Part shown: one piece after another, positions 36,756-50,100 of the stretch
How the letters are laid out: each line of letters starts with the position of its first letter
Position numbering within the stretch: the first letter of the stretch is position 1
Position numbers and translations under genes: made by a program
NCBI GenBank assembly: GCA_010093815.1
Contig: ML996574.1
Length of the DNA: 64,000 nt
Direction: 5' to 3' (one strand)
Source: Pseudovirgaria hyperparasitica
Taxonomy: Eukaryota
Notes under the pieces: model-generated
Seen by the model: the letters and a program-made list of their open reading frames with translations, nothing else
Told to the model about the DNA's origin: nothing
Database searches by the model: none

Positions 36756-37117
36756 TGTGGAGGGCGGTGGTGTTAGTTTACAGTCTATGACGGAGCGATA
36801 CTGTAGCTGAGAGGTAGCTCTGCGAGGTCACAGACATACTTCATGAGAGCAGCATGTTGGCGACATATGAGATGGATCTATCAAATTGTGAAGTCATGCA
36901 CGGCCACATCCAGCCTAAACAGCTCTATTGCGGCAACCCACAATTATTCTTTTCCCCGCCGCCGCCGCCGCCAAAACTTATTCTCGATCTTCATCCTGCG
37001 ACGACATCTGCACGCACACACTTCCTCACCGACTCTCTCACACACACGAACCCTCAATTACCTGCCAACGCCGACGTCTCGACCGGATCCCAAGGTTCAA
37101 TCTACTCAGTCCGAAAT

Positions 37118-38104
37118 ATGCCTGCACCCACAGCGCTCCAGCGCGCCCCCGAGACGCTCGTCCCAGAAGCAGAAACACAAGCACAAGCACAAGCAGATCA
37201 AAACGCAGAAATGCAGACCGTAGACGGTACACACCCATACCCATACACCATTAAACAACCCTCTAACAAATCCCACAGAATCTTCAGAACCCATCACCCT
37301 CGACCCCTCCGCCCTCGCACCCACAACCACCCTCCTCCCCACCCCCTCCACCCCCTCCGACACCATGGAAATCGACCCGGAATCCCGCCCACACTTCGCC
37401 CCAGCCAGCACATCCACCACCTCCCCCTCTACCCAATCCCGCGACACGCGCAAAGTCCGCATCCCGCCGCACTCCATGACGCCGCTCAAGAAGCAGTGGG
37501 CCGACAAGGTCACCCCGCCGCTCGTCGAGCACCTGAAGCTCCAGGTCCGCATGAACCTGCGCGAGAAGGCGGTGGAGCTGCGCACGTCCAAGGACACGAC
37601 GGACGCGGGCGCGCTGCAGAAGGGCGAGGACTTTGTCCGGGCGCTGAGTCTGGGGTTTGATGCCGATGATGCGATTGCGCTGCTGCGGCTGGATGACCTG
37701 TATATCGAGACGTTTGAGATTAAGGATGTGAAGACGCTGCAGGGGGATCATTGTGCGTTTTTTTTCTTCCTTTCTTTCTGTCTTTCTGTCTTTTGTCACC
37801 GACTTGATTGAATGACGGAACAACATGACATGGTGCCATCGATAAGGCGTGCTGACTTGGTATAAATACAGTATCCCGCGCAATCGGCCGCATCGCAGGC
37901 AAAGACGGCAAAACCAAATTCGCAATCGAGAACGCGAGCAAGACGCGCGTCGTCCTCGCCGACTCGAAGATCCACATCCTCGGCGGCTTCAAGAACATTC
38001 ATGTCGCGCGCACGGCGATTGTCAGCCTGATCATGGGCGCGCCGCCGGGCAAGGTGTACGGCAACCTGCGCACCGTCTCGTCGCGGATGAAGGAGCGGTT
38101 TTGA
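37118..38104 (+). CDS. PNO1: Pre-rRNA processing KH-domain protein Pno1/Dim2; exons 37118-37226, 37279-37752, 37872-38104
   Basis: PPLVEHLKLQVRMN, ALLRLDDLYIETFEIKDVKTL, SRAIGRIAGKDGKTKFAIENASKTR, VYGNLRTVSSRMKERF*. Confidence 0.95.
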
Positions 38105-38536
38105 GAGGGGGGGGGAAGCAGAGGGGGCAAATCTACAGGACAGGCTGGTGTCTGTCTACGCATGCATGCATGAATCGGCGTTTTAAAAGGGTGTTGGGCC
38201 TGTTCGTCATGAGCTCGAAATAAGATATGGGGTGATATTCCTCGGCGTTGCAACGAGGTATCAGAGAGATAGATAGATGGATAGATAGCAAGTCATATAA
38301 CGATCTATTCTATAAGTATCTAAATGTTGAATCGTACCAATTCTATGCTCTAATTATGCTCTATCCACACTTTTACTCTCTTTCCTCCCCCTTCTTCCCC
38401 ATCCCCCTTCTCTTCCTCCCCCTCCTTCCCCATCCCCCTTCTTCCCCATCCCCCTTCTCTTCCTCTCGCTTCTCTTCTTCCCCCTTCCCCAATCCCATTT
38501 TCACCCTCGTTTCCCCAAATCAAACCCCCCCAATCC

Positions 38537-41500
38537 TCACGCCCCCACCCGCACACAAACAACCCCACGCAACTCCTCCCCATCAACACCCCAAACCCGC
38601 TCACACGGCACTACACAAGCTCCCGTTTCCGCGATCCACTCCCACTCCCGTCCTGTGTATCCCTCTTCTTCTTCTTCTTCTTCTTCTTCTTCAAAGGTAT
38701 CCGCTAGCCAGGCGGTCCATATCCCCATGTCCATGTCCATTTCCAAGCTTTCATCGCTCCTCTCTGCTTCATCCATGCCTGCTTCACCCATGGCCATGCC
38801 TGCTTCGCCCCACCGCCGCCGCCGCTGCTGCTGCTGGATATACCCCCTGACAAACTGCACGATCTTCTGCTCCTCCTTCAGCCCCCCTTTCTGCCCCCCT
38901 TTCTGCCCCTCCTTCTGACCCTCCCCCGTACGACCACGCAGCGGAATCCAGAGTACGCACACGTCAGTATCTTGAACTTTGACGATATACGACTCGTCGA
39001 CACCATCATCATAGCCATGCCCATCTCCATCTCCATCTCCACCTCCATGCCCATCTCCATGCCCATCTCCATGCCCATCTCCATCTCCATCCTCATAGCC
39101 ATGCCCATCCCCATCTCCACCTCCACCTCCATCTCCATCCCCGTCATCAATACCCTCTTCGCCGTTGACGTGGGTAGCGACAGTGGCGGCAGCGGTGGCG
39201 GTGGTGGTGGTCATGGTGGTCATGGAGACACACCCGCCCGCCAACCCGGTGGCAATCCACTCGCACGCGGCGCCGCGCGGAAGGGCGGAGACGAGGACTG
39301 TGAAGAGCGGCGGGACTAGTACCGGCGGTCGCGGTGGTGGTGGTTGGGGGGTCTGATGGGTAGTATGTGTTGTTTGAGGGGATGTGGTGGGTGTTGAGTG
39401 TGATGTGCGGATGGTGTGCCAGTTAGGTAGGAGGGGGCGGATATCATGCTTCTGCTGGTGGGTCGGTGTTGTGGTATACTTATCAGCGCCGTGGGTGGCG
39501 TGCCAGATGTCGAAATTGGGGTCTGTGTCTTCGTCTTCGACTTCGGAGTTATTTGCGTCAGCGTGCATGTGCGGGTGCTGGGCATGGAACGAGGAGGTGT
39601 GGATGGTGTGCCATGCGTGTCTGACTGCTGCAGCATGCTTCTCTGCGGATTCTGCTGCTGTTGTTGTAGTTGCAACGGCCGCGACGCCGCCGAGGAAGGT
39701 GCCTACGCCCATTGCGCGGCCGATGCGCCAGAGGTGCTGTAGGCTGAGTACGGCCTGGAGGTGTGCGTTGTCGGCGAGATGCATGGTTGCTGGCACGAGG
39801 CCGATTTGGCCTGCTATGTGGATGAGCTCGGGGGGTTGTGATGTGGACGTGGTGGTGGTGGTGGTGGAAGGCAGGGGGAGGGCGATGGCTTGGGAGTAAG
39901 GTCCGATGTTTGCGGGGGCCCAGTAGCTGTGGCTTTGGACGTGGAGGCCGCGTTTTGGGGCGGTGGGACGGTGGTGGTGGTGGTCGTTGTCATCGTTGTC
40001 GTCGTCGGGAACGGCAGGTGGTGTGGGTATGGGAGCGAGTGCGAGCGCTGTGTCAGGGCGCAAGACTGCGAGGGTGCGGTTCAGGACTGCAAGGGTGGAC
40101 GGCGTGTATAGATGACGAGCACTACGGGCGTCGATGAGCATCGACATTGCAATGTCGGTATTTTCGGGGAGCAAGGGGCCTGCGGCGAGGGTGATGCGTG
40201 CCGGAGGGAGGGGCTCGGGGAAGAAGGCGCCGTAGAGAGTGTTTACGGCGGCAAAGGAGGACATGTCGCGGAGGAGGATTGTGGTCTGTATGACGTGTGT
40301 TGGGAGAAGGTGGAGGTAGTGGAGGATGCTGGTGAGTCTGGAGAGGATAGGGGGAAGTTGGGGCGATGGGGAGAGTGAAGGGGATGTCATGTTTGAGATG
40401 GAGATGGTTGTGCCGGCCTGGGAGATTCGCCATGGGAGGAGAGGGATTGGCGTGCGAGGAGAGCTAGTAGTGTGTGATGATATCGATCGTGAACTTCTTT
40501 GTTGTTGAGAGGCCGTAGTATCGACACGATGGGTCGTGTCTGAACTGGGCGCTTCTGTGTTGCTCTGCGACAAGAGAGCTGCAAACTCATCGTCAAGCAA
40601 CGGCGGTATCCTCAAGTCCTCAAGCGTGTCAACACCATGCTCTTTCTCGACAGTCTTGGCCCCCCTGAGCCGCAACGTCGCACTCCCTCCCTCGCCAACC
40701 ACGGCATCACCAACATCGACCTCAATCCTCCTCTTCCACAACACGCTGGGCCCATCAAGAGCCAACGTCTCAAACTCCCCACCCTCGCCCAGCACCGCCC
40801 CCTCTCCACCGAACCGTCTCACAGCATGCTCAAGCCTACGTATCACCTTGCTATCAGCTACATTGGCCCACAAGACACTCTCGTCCAGACCGCCCGAAGC
40901 AACCTTGATGATGCGAGCGTCTTGGCCGACGATGCTCATGTCTTGCAACAGAGACGCGTCTGCATAGGGGAAAAGATAGGGGTACTGCCACAGATACGAG
41001 AGAGGAACCAGGCCAAGGCGCAGGGCAACAGATTCAACGCGCGTACGCTGGTATGTGCTCAAGATGGCGCCAGTCGAGATAGCGTTTGCAGAGGGGTGGG
41101 CGGCCATGATGGTTTGGAGGAGGGGAATCAGGGACTCCGTCTCATCCGGCTCGTCTGAGGGCGTATCATTTTCGCCGACGACTTCATCTCCTTCTGCAGG
41201 AGTGTTGTTTGGCTGTGTTGACGAGGAGCGCTTATGCTCCGAGTGAGACGGCGACCCTGATGTTGATGTTGACACGGAAGCTAGAGGCGATTCATTCAGG
41301 CCTATCGTGCTCCGGTGCACTGATGACGGAGGTGCATAATCTCTGCTGCTGTTGACAGCGCTGCCACTAATTGCATGGCGATACAAGGGAATGCCAAGGG
41401 CATCCTCATACAACGGAATAATAGAGTGACCAACAGTCTGGTACATGAAGCTGTCGAGATCCTGCTCTACATCCAGCGAGCTCTGCGTCGTCGAGGCACG

Positions 41501-41794
41501 AGCATTTGCATCAACGCCCGCCAAGTCAGCAGCACGATCAGCACAACGATCTACAGCAGCAGTTCCTGTAAGGCCGGTATGTGCCAGGCCATCATGTGTT
41601 CGCGCGTGCAGTGCTGCTGCTGCTGCTGCTGATGATGATGTGCGTGGGCGGCCACGTTCGGACTCCACACCGGGGGGGTGTAGGTTGGCCAAGGCGACGA
41701 GATGGTGTCCGTTCGCCAGCACGTGCAGGATAGAGAAGAACGAGTCTTTGCCGCCCGAGATCAGGGCGATGACATGCAGACTGGTAGACGTCAT
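38537..41794 (-). CDS. DPH6: Diphthine--ammonia ligase with C-terminal RidA/YjgF-like domains and large low-complexity insertions
   Basis: ALISGGKDS PP-loop, DSFMYQTVGH, GAILSTYQRTRVESV, GEGGEFET, LHVQSHSYWAPANIGPYSQA. Confidence 0.92.
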   Translation of the reverse strand: MTSTSLHVIALISGGKDSFFSILHVLANGHHLVALANLHPPGVESERGRPRTSSSAAAAAALHARTHDGLAHTGLTGTAAVDRCADRAADLAGVDANARASTTQSSLDVEQDLDSFMYQTVGHSIIPLYEDALGIPLYRHAISGSAVNSSRDYAPPSSVHRSTIGLNESPLASVSTSTSGSPSHSEHKRSSSTQPNNTPAEGDEVVGENDTPSDEPDETESLIPLLQTIMAAHPSANAISTGAILSTYQRTRVESVALRLGLVPLSYLWQYPYLFPYADASLLQDMSIVGQDARIIKVASGGLDESVLWANVADSKVIRRLEHAVRRFGGEGAVLGEGGEFETLALDGPSVLWKRRIEVDVGDAVVGEGGSATLRLRGAKTVEKEHGVDTLEDLRIPPLLDDEFAALLSQSNTEAPSSDTTHRVDTTASQQQRSSRSISSHTTSSPRTPIPLLPWRISQAGTTISISNMTSPSLSPSPQLPPILSRLTSILHYLHLLPTHVIQTTILLRDMSSFAAVNTLYGAFFPEPLPPARITLAAGPLLPENTDIAMSMLIDARSARHLYTPSTLAVLNRTLAVLRPDTALALAPIPTPPAVPDDDNDDNDHHHHRPTAPKRGLHVQSHSYWAPANIGPYSQAIALPLPSTTTTTTSTSQPPELIHIAGQIGLVPATMHLADNAHLQAVLSLQHLWRIGRAMGVGTFLGGVAAVATTTTAAESAEKHAAAVRHAWHTIHTSSFHAQHPHMHADANNSEVEDEDTDPNFDIWHATHGADKYTTTPTHQQKHDIRPLLPNWHTIRTSHSTPTTSPQTTHTTHQTPQPPPPRPPVLVPPLFTVLVSALPRGAACEWIATGLAGGCVSMTTMTTTTATAAATVATHVNGEEGIDDGDGDGGGGGDGDGHGYEDGDGDGHGDGHGDGHGGGDGDGDGHGYDDGVDESYIVKVQDTDVCVLWIPLRGRTGEGQKEGQKGGQKGGLKEEQKIVQFVRGYIQQQQRRRRWGEAGMAMGEAGMDEAERSDESLEMDMDMGIWTAWLADTFEEEEEEEEEEGYTGREWEWIAETGACVVPCERVWGVDGEELRGVVCVRVGA
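39002..39150 (+). repeat. Coding hexamer tandem repeat (CCATCT/CCATGC) encoding (GD/GH)n in DPH6
   Basis: Direct read; translates to GDGDGHG... on the minus strand. Confidence 0.85.
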
Positions 41795-43304
41795 TACCTG
41801 CCGGGGTAAAGACTAATGTCCCGGCGTGTGGTGTGCTGTAAGTTTATATCAATGCAGGACGAATGTTGCATGTACGTACATGCAAGATGATGACTCGGAT
41901 GCACCAAGTGAACCTGCTGAGAGAGGACAGGAGGGGAGGGGAGGGGGAGGGGGAGGGCTCCTCGAAAGTTCCACCCAAGCTCTTTCCGGAGAATTGTATA
42001 GCGCAAATCCAAGCAATCTTGGAGGATTATCAAAGAAACCGGGTCCGTAGAGTCGGAACCGTGACCATGACCGTGATCGTGACCGTGACCGTGACCGTGC
42101 TGGTGCTGGTGCCCCTCGCGAGGTGCCGATATGTGTTTCTTTCTTCTTTGATCAGAAGCGTGCTTGGGACTCTAGAGGTACCATGGACAGAATCTGTGTG
42201 TGTGAGAATGGCCTAGAACGAGGTTGTTTGTGTGTAAAGTGTAAAGTGTGTGGGCCCGTTCCGTCCTAAGGCTGATATGTTAATTAAGTTGACCCCGCCA
42301 AAGGCTACAAGCACACACACACACACACACATACACACACACAACACGATCCATTAGTTCGTGCTAAATTAGGGGACAAACGATAATGATAATGATAATG
42401 ATAATGGCTATCTATGGCGCAAGTGTCGGGGAGGCCTGATTGACGCTACGGGCGGGTTCCAGATCTTTGGATTGGATTTAGACATATCTTCTTAGCGAGG
42501 AGATTCTGGCGGTAATTACTGGTGGATTTCATTCGTGTTTTAATAGCACAGTCAGGCTCATGCACAGGATGTGTCAATGTTGAACGGATAATTGGTCAAT
42601 TCTTCTTTAACTTTGGCATTTGCCCTTCTCTAATGCCGTTGCATGTGCCTGCACACTAGCGTACATTTGAACAGGCCGTAGATGGCCGTCCCAAGATGGA
42701 TGGTGTGAATATTAAAACAAGATAGCAAAGGGTAGAGAGAACAGACGCTTGTCTGCGCGGGTTGCGATCAACGGCAGGATTACAACAATGCTATGTCGGG
42801 GGTGCAATTTGTGAAAATTGTTCAAGAGGGAAACGAATGAAGAAGAAAGTAGTACTAGACATGAAAAAAAAAACTGTCCAGATTGTACAGCTAAACAGCA
42901 GGGAAGACCCCCCACGTCAAAAACACCCCCATGTCCCAATTGCCTAGTCTTCACACAAAAAGGCTTCGCTAGCAGTCAAAAAGAAAAAGTGTGCAAGTCG
43001 CTAAAAAAATATAAAGAGCAAGTCCTGAGCAGTCTAAATAGTATAGAGAGAGCTGGAAACAAAGAGTATGGTGCGAATCGGAATGGCTTTTGATGTCGGG
43101 GAAGAAAAGGTTTTTCCACGCTCGTGATTTCCCTGGCTCCCATCTACCTTTAGCTTCCCAGGCGTAACGACATCAGAAGACGACCGCAGATGATCGCCTG
43201 GCATTATGTGACCACATTGCCTGCGAAGGCGGTGGGGGTATTTGTCATGTCTCATGATAAAGTGGAAGGAAAGAAGTCAAAACGCCGCAAACAGCGCGAC
43301 TTGT

Positions 43305-45306
43305 CTAGTCTTCCCGCTTGCGCTTCTTCATCTTGTTGTCCCCGGTAGGACTCAGCTCATGGTCGTTGTCTGAGAATCCACTCGATGATGAGTCAGTGTG
43401 GACAGCGGCAGTAGCACTGTATAGCAAGTGACCGAGATGCTCGGTGCCGGTGCTATCGTAAGCCTCGTCCATGCCACCGCTGCTGGTGCCACGAAGCATG
43501 GAGTCATCAAGAACACCCATCACAATGGCGCCAGTGCCGTGTGTGCGTTGGTGCTGGGACAGGTTGTCGCTGCGCGAGAACTTCTTGCCACAGTCACCAC
43601 ACTCGAACGGCTTGTCGTGGGTGTGAAGGGAGCGGTAGTGGCGCTTGAGGTGTTCCTGGCGACGGAAGCGACGAGAGCAGAGATCGCAGACGAACGTCTT
43701 GGAGGGATCTTCAGTGAGCGACTGCTTGCGACCACGGCGGCTGATGGGAGTGGGGTTAGGCATGCTACCATCCTCAGAGCCGAGGGTGCCGTTCTCGTTG
43801 GAGTTCTCTGGCTGCTCCGAGTGCTGTTGGTTAGACGACGTGGAATGTGTGCGCTGCTGGTTGCCTGCAGGGCGTCCATAGTCAGAGTCAGAGTCCGTGT
43901 CCGAGGCTTTGGCATTCTTCAGCGCCTTCTTGGACTTCTTGGTGACCATGGCGGAAATGTCAAAGTCGCTGCAGAAGGAGGTGTCAGTGTCGCAAGGCGT
44001 GGGAAGGCCGTGGGCGACAAACTCTCCCTCAAAGTCTGAAAATGACTCGTCGGCGAAAGCGCTCTCCTCTTCGGGGAAAGTCAGGAGATCAGTGCGCTGA
44101 CGCTTGGCACCGTGGAACTGGATGTTCTCTGAGGGAGTGAAGTTGGCAAAGTCGTCTTCGGTGTCGAGCTCGAAGAGAGGCTCAAACTGTGGCAGGCCAG
44201 ACAAAGTGAAGTCGGACGAGGACACAGTGGAGTCGGCGATGGAAGAAGTGAAGTTGTCGGTGGTGCGGAAGATGATCTTGTGATCCTCGTCTTCGGCGGA
44301 GATGGTTGGCAGCGAAGGGAGATCGGCGGCGGCGACGGCGTTGTTGACAGGCGTGACGGTGAGGTTGCGTGGATCGCAAAAACTGCTCTCGGCCTCAGAT
44401 GAGAGGGAGATAGAGGTGCGTGGATGAGGAGATGGAGATGGAGAGAGCGAGGGGCAGGAGGTTGCGCTGAGGAGGTAAGGTGCCTGACTAGCCGGGGCCT
44501 GAATAAAAACTGTGGTGCAGCCACGTTAGCTTTTCCGTGCTGCTGGCTTCGTTTTTATTGGCTTGTGTGGCAGTGCCGCACAGCACAATATATATCACAC
44601 AACATTTCGAGTCCAGCACAACAATGCTCGACACTCGCAGATCGGCTGTTGTTCGCTTTTCCATGCCAGTCCATTCAAGACTGCTCCGCCACGCAAGTAT
44701 AAAATAAAAAATTAAAAAAAAAAAATGTTGCTTACCTGGCGTCATTGGGGGCGAAGTGGCTCTGCTGAATTCTCCACCGAGAATCTCTGAAAAGACCTCT
44801 CCTTCACATCCTTCCTTGATTCCCTCGAGAATGTCAATTGGGTAGCTCGGGCCGTTGACAGGAGTGGGCAGAAACTCGCAGAGGGACGGCGGGCTGCTGA
44901 TGCTGCTGCCAGAGGACGACAATGGTGGAGTGGAAGGAGAGAAGCGCATGTCGCTGCAGTCGGTGTCCAATGGATACAGGTATGGTGAGTCTTGTTGCTG
45001 CACCAGTATGGTTGGCTTGTGGTACATTGGCTGTGGTGAAGCAATGGGAGTCAGGACTGATTGCGAGGTGTATCCGTTGTGTGCAATATATGGAGTCTGC
45101 GAAGAAGACGAGTCTGGTCGAGAGTAGCCCATTGGCGCACTGTAGATGGGGAGAGTCTCTGAAGACATTGGCTGACACGTTGGCATCGGCATAGCATGAG
45201 GATGTGGCTTGAAGTGTCCATGTTGTCTGTTGTTCTCCGGACCTGGGTTCGGGTCATAGTAAAAAAAGGCCGACTGGCCAAGATGCTGGGTAGTGGTGTT
45301 GTCCAT
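43305..45306 (-). CDS. C2H2 zinc-finger stress-response transcription factor, Msn2/Seb1/MsnA-like; exons 45306-44736 and 44509-43305
   Basis: RRGRKQS PKA site, [52 protein letters not shown]. Intron GTAAGC...CTAAC...CAG (44735-44510). Confidence 0.92.
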
Positions 45307-47059
45307 GATAGCTGTCAAAGTACTACTACACTGCCATCATCAATCAGCCTTGATCCTCTCTCCGAAAGCACACACTTCCATCCACATACCAAAAAGAACA
45401 ATGTGTTGTCCGGAGTTATTTATTTCTTATCGGTTGGTTTTTTTTATGGTCGTGGTTTGGCGTAGTCGGTTGATTAATGGTACACGGATGGTACAGCGTG
45501 AGGCATACAAGATTTGGACAAGTAAAATGGCGTGTCGAGAGAGCGACTGGGAAACAGCTCGAATGTACTCGAGGGCTGTGTACTACTAAAGATAAAACAA
45601 GGTCGTTGCTGATGTTGTTGTCTGGCGAGATGGCAAAGATCGAGCGTGGACCACGGTGGCTTCGACGTTGATAGTGTGTGTGGAGGGACGGACGGACGGA
45701 GGAAAGGGCTTTGTCTAAGGAAGGGCTGGAGTCAAACGAACTACTTTTTGTGAAAGGCAGATCGTAATGAAGTTCCGGAACAAAAGAGTCAAATAAGGAA
45801 AGAAAGGTTGATTGTATAAAGAAACAGGTTGGGTGCAGACGACAGATTGATAAACCCTAGAACGAAGAGGCCGAGCGAGTGTGTGTGCGTACGGGAAAAG
45901 GGCAGTGGATAAGTAGCGCGGCCTTGATCGACGGGCTTCTTCTGGCTCGTCTGGGCAGACTTGAAGAAGAAAAGATGACCAGGCACATCAGCGTGAAGCC
46001 CCGGCATTGGTTAGGACTACTGTAGATAGGGAGGGGGGGGAGGGGGGAGGGGGGGGGAAGGATGAGGAAGTGTGTGTGAGCAGGCAGGCGGGAAGACCAT
46101 TAGAAGGCGCAGCATCCCTCCTCCCCCCCTCGCGGAGTACCTGGCTTTCAAGCCTGTCAACGCCTTCGAGCCGACGGCTCTACTATTACTATGAGCGTGG
46201 CAATTGTATGTATGTATGTGAGTGTGTCTGTGTGTCTGTGTGTGTATGTGTGTGTAGTGGTAGGTAGCAAAACGAAGGGTCAGATGAGTGGCTCGAGGAA
46301 GAGAAGACTGGCATGTCCCCCTCCCCCCCTCTCTTCCCCCCATCCTTCCATTCCCCTCGTGCACTCAATAATTCCCGAGACCAAGGCCGGCGAGATAATA
46401 GCAAAGAAGGGACACAAGAGAAGATCAGTTGAGAAGATACGGATAGACAGACAGGACAGCAGGGCACCGCGCCCTACACCGCACCCGCACAGCAGTTAAT
46501 GCAGACTACGTAGACTTCGCACTGCACCCTGGCACAGCTACTCCACACTATAGAGGCCCGCCGGCACACACCATACATACACATACACACACGGTCTAGG
46601 AAAGGAATATCCACCTCTATGAATCCCCCCCCCAAAGCGGAAAGGACCCTGAAAGTTAAAAAGCTCCCGGAGCCGGACCACAGACTGGAGAGGATCGTCG
46701 TGTTGGAGAGAGAGAGAGAGGAGACAGATAGACACACAGGCACAGACATGGACACAGACACAGACGTAGGCACAGACACACAGACACATAGGCACGCAGA
46801 CACACCCACACCCACACCCACACACACACACGGAAGTCTCCCACAACCAGAAATCGAGGACTGACTCGGTGAGAGGATGGCTATTTAGTGGGGGAGGCTA
46901 GAGTGGAGTTTTGTGTGGATGGCGGAAGTTGTGCAAAGCAAGGTGTGACGGTTGTGACGGAGTGTAGAGGAGTTAGTGGACAGATTGGGCGGGAAAGGAT
47001 GATGAGAGAGGGTAAGACAAGGCCAGCCAGTTGTGTTGGAAGGACATGGCTATGGGTAT

Positions 47060-47062
<3 letters not shown>

Positions 47063-47106
<44 letters not shown>
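47063..47106 (+). repeat. (AG)22 microsatellite
   Basis: Direct read. Confidence 0.95.
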
Positions 47107-47110
<4 letters not shown>

Positions 47111-50100
47111 GTGAAAGAGAGAGGTTGCAGGGCGGGCAAAAGCAGTAAGACGCGCGGCATTATGCACGCTGCACTATTTATCGACACACACACACACACA
47201 TGCACACATAGACATAGACATGGACATGGACAGAATACAAGCACGAGTAATGAAGTGGTGGAATGGGAGTGAGAGGTAGAGTGTGATGGTAAGGGTGTGT
47301 GGGAGATATTGAGAGAGACAACAAGAGAGTGAGATTGCGGGCGTGCAACTGGCTGACGGTGTGCCGGCTTGTGCAGGCTTGTGCAGGCTTGTGCATGGTC
47401 GTGGGTGATTGTGCATGGTTGTGCATGGATTGTGGGCGCAAGGAGGAGGGCGTGTGCACTAATCCAGCAATTCACTAATTTCACTAATTAAAAGCGAGCA
47501 GTGAAATTGCGAGCAGCAGCATGAAAGATGAAAGCAATTCGGGGCTACAGCGACTCCAGCGAGTTCAGCGACTCCAGCACAGCCATCACAGCCAGCAGCA
47601 CAGCCGTCCAACCAATAATGCATGCACAAGTCCAGAAACGGTCGACACTAACTGACTACTGACTACCTACTCGACGCCCACACACGTCCCGGCATCACCG
47701 CACAACTCGGTCATGGTCATGAATTAGTGAAACTCTCTTTTGCTTGTGTGTTTGTTGTGCACTAATTACTGACTGGCCAAGCTAGCAGTTGCACTACTTT
47801 TAGCTAGCCACCACTCGCTACCGCCCACCACCTACCCAGCTAAACCCAGCTAACTCAGGCACCTTAGCAGCCAACTAGACCAGCTAGACCAGCTAAACAC
47901 CCAGCTAAGCCAGCCCAGCCCAGCTAAATTGATAGTTCTGGCTGGTACTCTAGCCCCGTTGACAGCCCATTGACAGCCCCATTTCCAGTCGTGCAGAACA
48001 GCCAAGCCAAGCCCGTTTCAAGCTAATTGATAGCCAGGCCAGCTCCTATTAGCAGCCCAATTATACCATCTATTATCATCATTTCCCTTTCCACTCCAGC
48101 CCAGCCAGCGCCTACGCCGACCGACCCAGCAAACCGTTGTTGTGCTGCATCATCATCATCACCATCACCATCATGATCATCTTGGTTCCCATTTACCGGT
48201 TCCATCCCATCCCATCGCTGCTGAACCTGACTATTCATTCGCTGCCCACCACACCTTGCATCTGCCGTGGCCCAATCACACCACGCCCGCTTCACGGCTT
48301 CAGCGACCCGACTGTCTTTCTTTTTTTGTGCGAGAGAGAGAGAGAGAGAGAGTGGCACGCTAGACGACGTCAGATGGTAGCCCGGCCGTCTGTCCATCCC
48401 ATCCACACGGTACGGTACAGTGCACACACACACACACATACACATACACATACACATACACTACAACGCCAATCGCTACGTAGACTTTGCTTTCCTTTGA
48501 GATACCAAACACACTACCACTCTTATCCAGCGCGCCCCCGCCGAAGAGGATCAGACCTTTGCCATGTCCGGTACCGTACCTACCGTACCTACCTACCTAC
48601 CTACACTACTAACCTCCTACTCCTACTCCTCAATCCTCCACGTCAGACTCGATACCTTCCCGCCCCGCCGCGTCTGTGTCTCACTTGGCAGCCCAAAGAA
48701 CTGCTCAGTGCTCAGTGCCCAGTGCTCAGTGCTCAGACCAGTGCTCTTACTATCTATCTTAGCTACTGATTAATTAATTTACCTAGTGATTAGCAGAGCA
48801 GCATAATACATACATCCTATCTGTTCTTTTACTCCCTACACGCGCCTAAGGTACATAGTAGAGCAGACCATATCACCGTGCCGTAATTACCCCTCTGCTA
48901 CAACAACAACAACCCGTCCCTCTAGGAAACTTTTTTACCCTGAATGAAGAAACATGCCGAAATTATCAAAGAAAGACACTGATGATTTCGTCATTGTTTG
49001 AGGACTGCCAAGCACGTGGAGTCCTGTGCCTGCGTGCGTGCATGCATCCATGCATCCATGCGTATGTCGTGGTTGTTCGATAATTCTCCTCGATCGAAAA
49101 AAACGCTGTGGGTAGAATACATACAGATGGATCGTCATGTGGGAAAAATTCGCCTTTTCTTTACTGCTGCTGCACGTTGCAGGGTCATAGTACACTACTA
49201 CACACTACCTACACTACACTACACGGTATACATAATCATATAATCACCTAGCGTACAAGCGAGCGTGCCCGTGCTCTCTCAACCTAAGTCTTCATTAATC
49301 TACGAACGACCTACTATGTGTACTGTGTACCTGCAGATAAGTCCGTCTTTCGACTGGTAGGATGGGTATGGGTACCCCCTCTTCGACCCGACGACGACGA
49401 CGACGACGACGTGACTACGTCCTGCAGTAGCGGGGCACTCTAGAAGGATTCTTCTATCATGCCGGCTCTTGGATACATACAGACTGCGATATACGAACTT
49501 ATTACTGTACTGACTACACTAACTGACTACTGTACTGACTACACTAATTAACTACTAACTAACCATCCCGTTCCTTCAATGGTGCGACAACACCAAAAGC
49601 CACTCGTTCGTGCAAGCGTGTGCCGTCAAGGTTCGTCAGGCATGAACACATCCGTCCATCCATCCATTGTACTCTTACTTGTTATCCATCCATCCATCCC
49701 GTCATGTCTAATCATCTAGCTTTTACTTCCATGTGCGCGGCCGGGGCGGGCTGGCTGGCTTCTGCATCCTAGTCTATCCTATCCACCACATCCATCCATA
49801 CATTCCATAGTCCATTCCAATCCCTAATCCTACCCGCTCACTCATTCAGTCCAGTCCAGTCCAACCAAGAAAGCAAGCGAGCGTTTCAACCGCGCTTACT
49901 GTGCATGTCGATATGCAGCCACCGTCCATACGTTGGGATGGAAGGGGATGGCATGGCATGTCTTCTGCGCAACGGTTAGGCTTATGTTAGCTTAGCTTAG
50001 GTGTCAGGTCAGTCAGTCAGGACGAAGGATTCCAACGAGTTTTCCGTTTTGGGCCGGGCGAGGCAACTGAGACATACGTACATCCATACATGTGCGTGAG

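Noticed and set aside
41888..41899. 12-mer TGATGACTCGGA shared with the ARG1 promoter (22069-22080, reverse strand)
   Set aside because: Many 12-mer matches are expected by chance in 64 kb; only the TGACTC core is suggestive.
7801..44039. Long antisense/shadow ORFs (e.g. 7801-8511, 33111-33899, 35157-35930, 37284-37925, 43428-44039)
   Set aside because: Explained by GC-rich codon bias of the real genes on the opposite strand.
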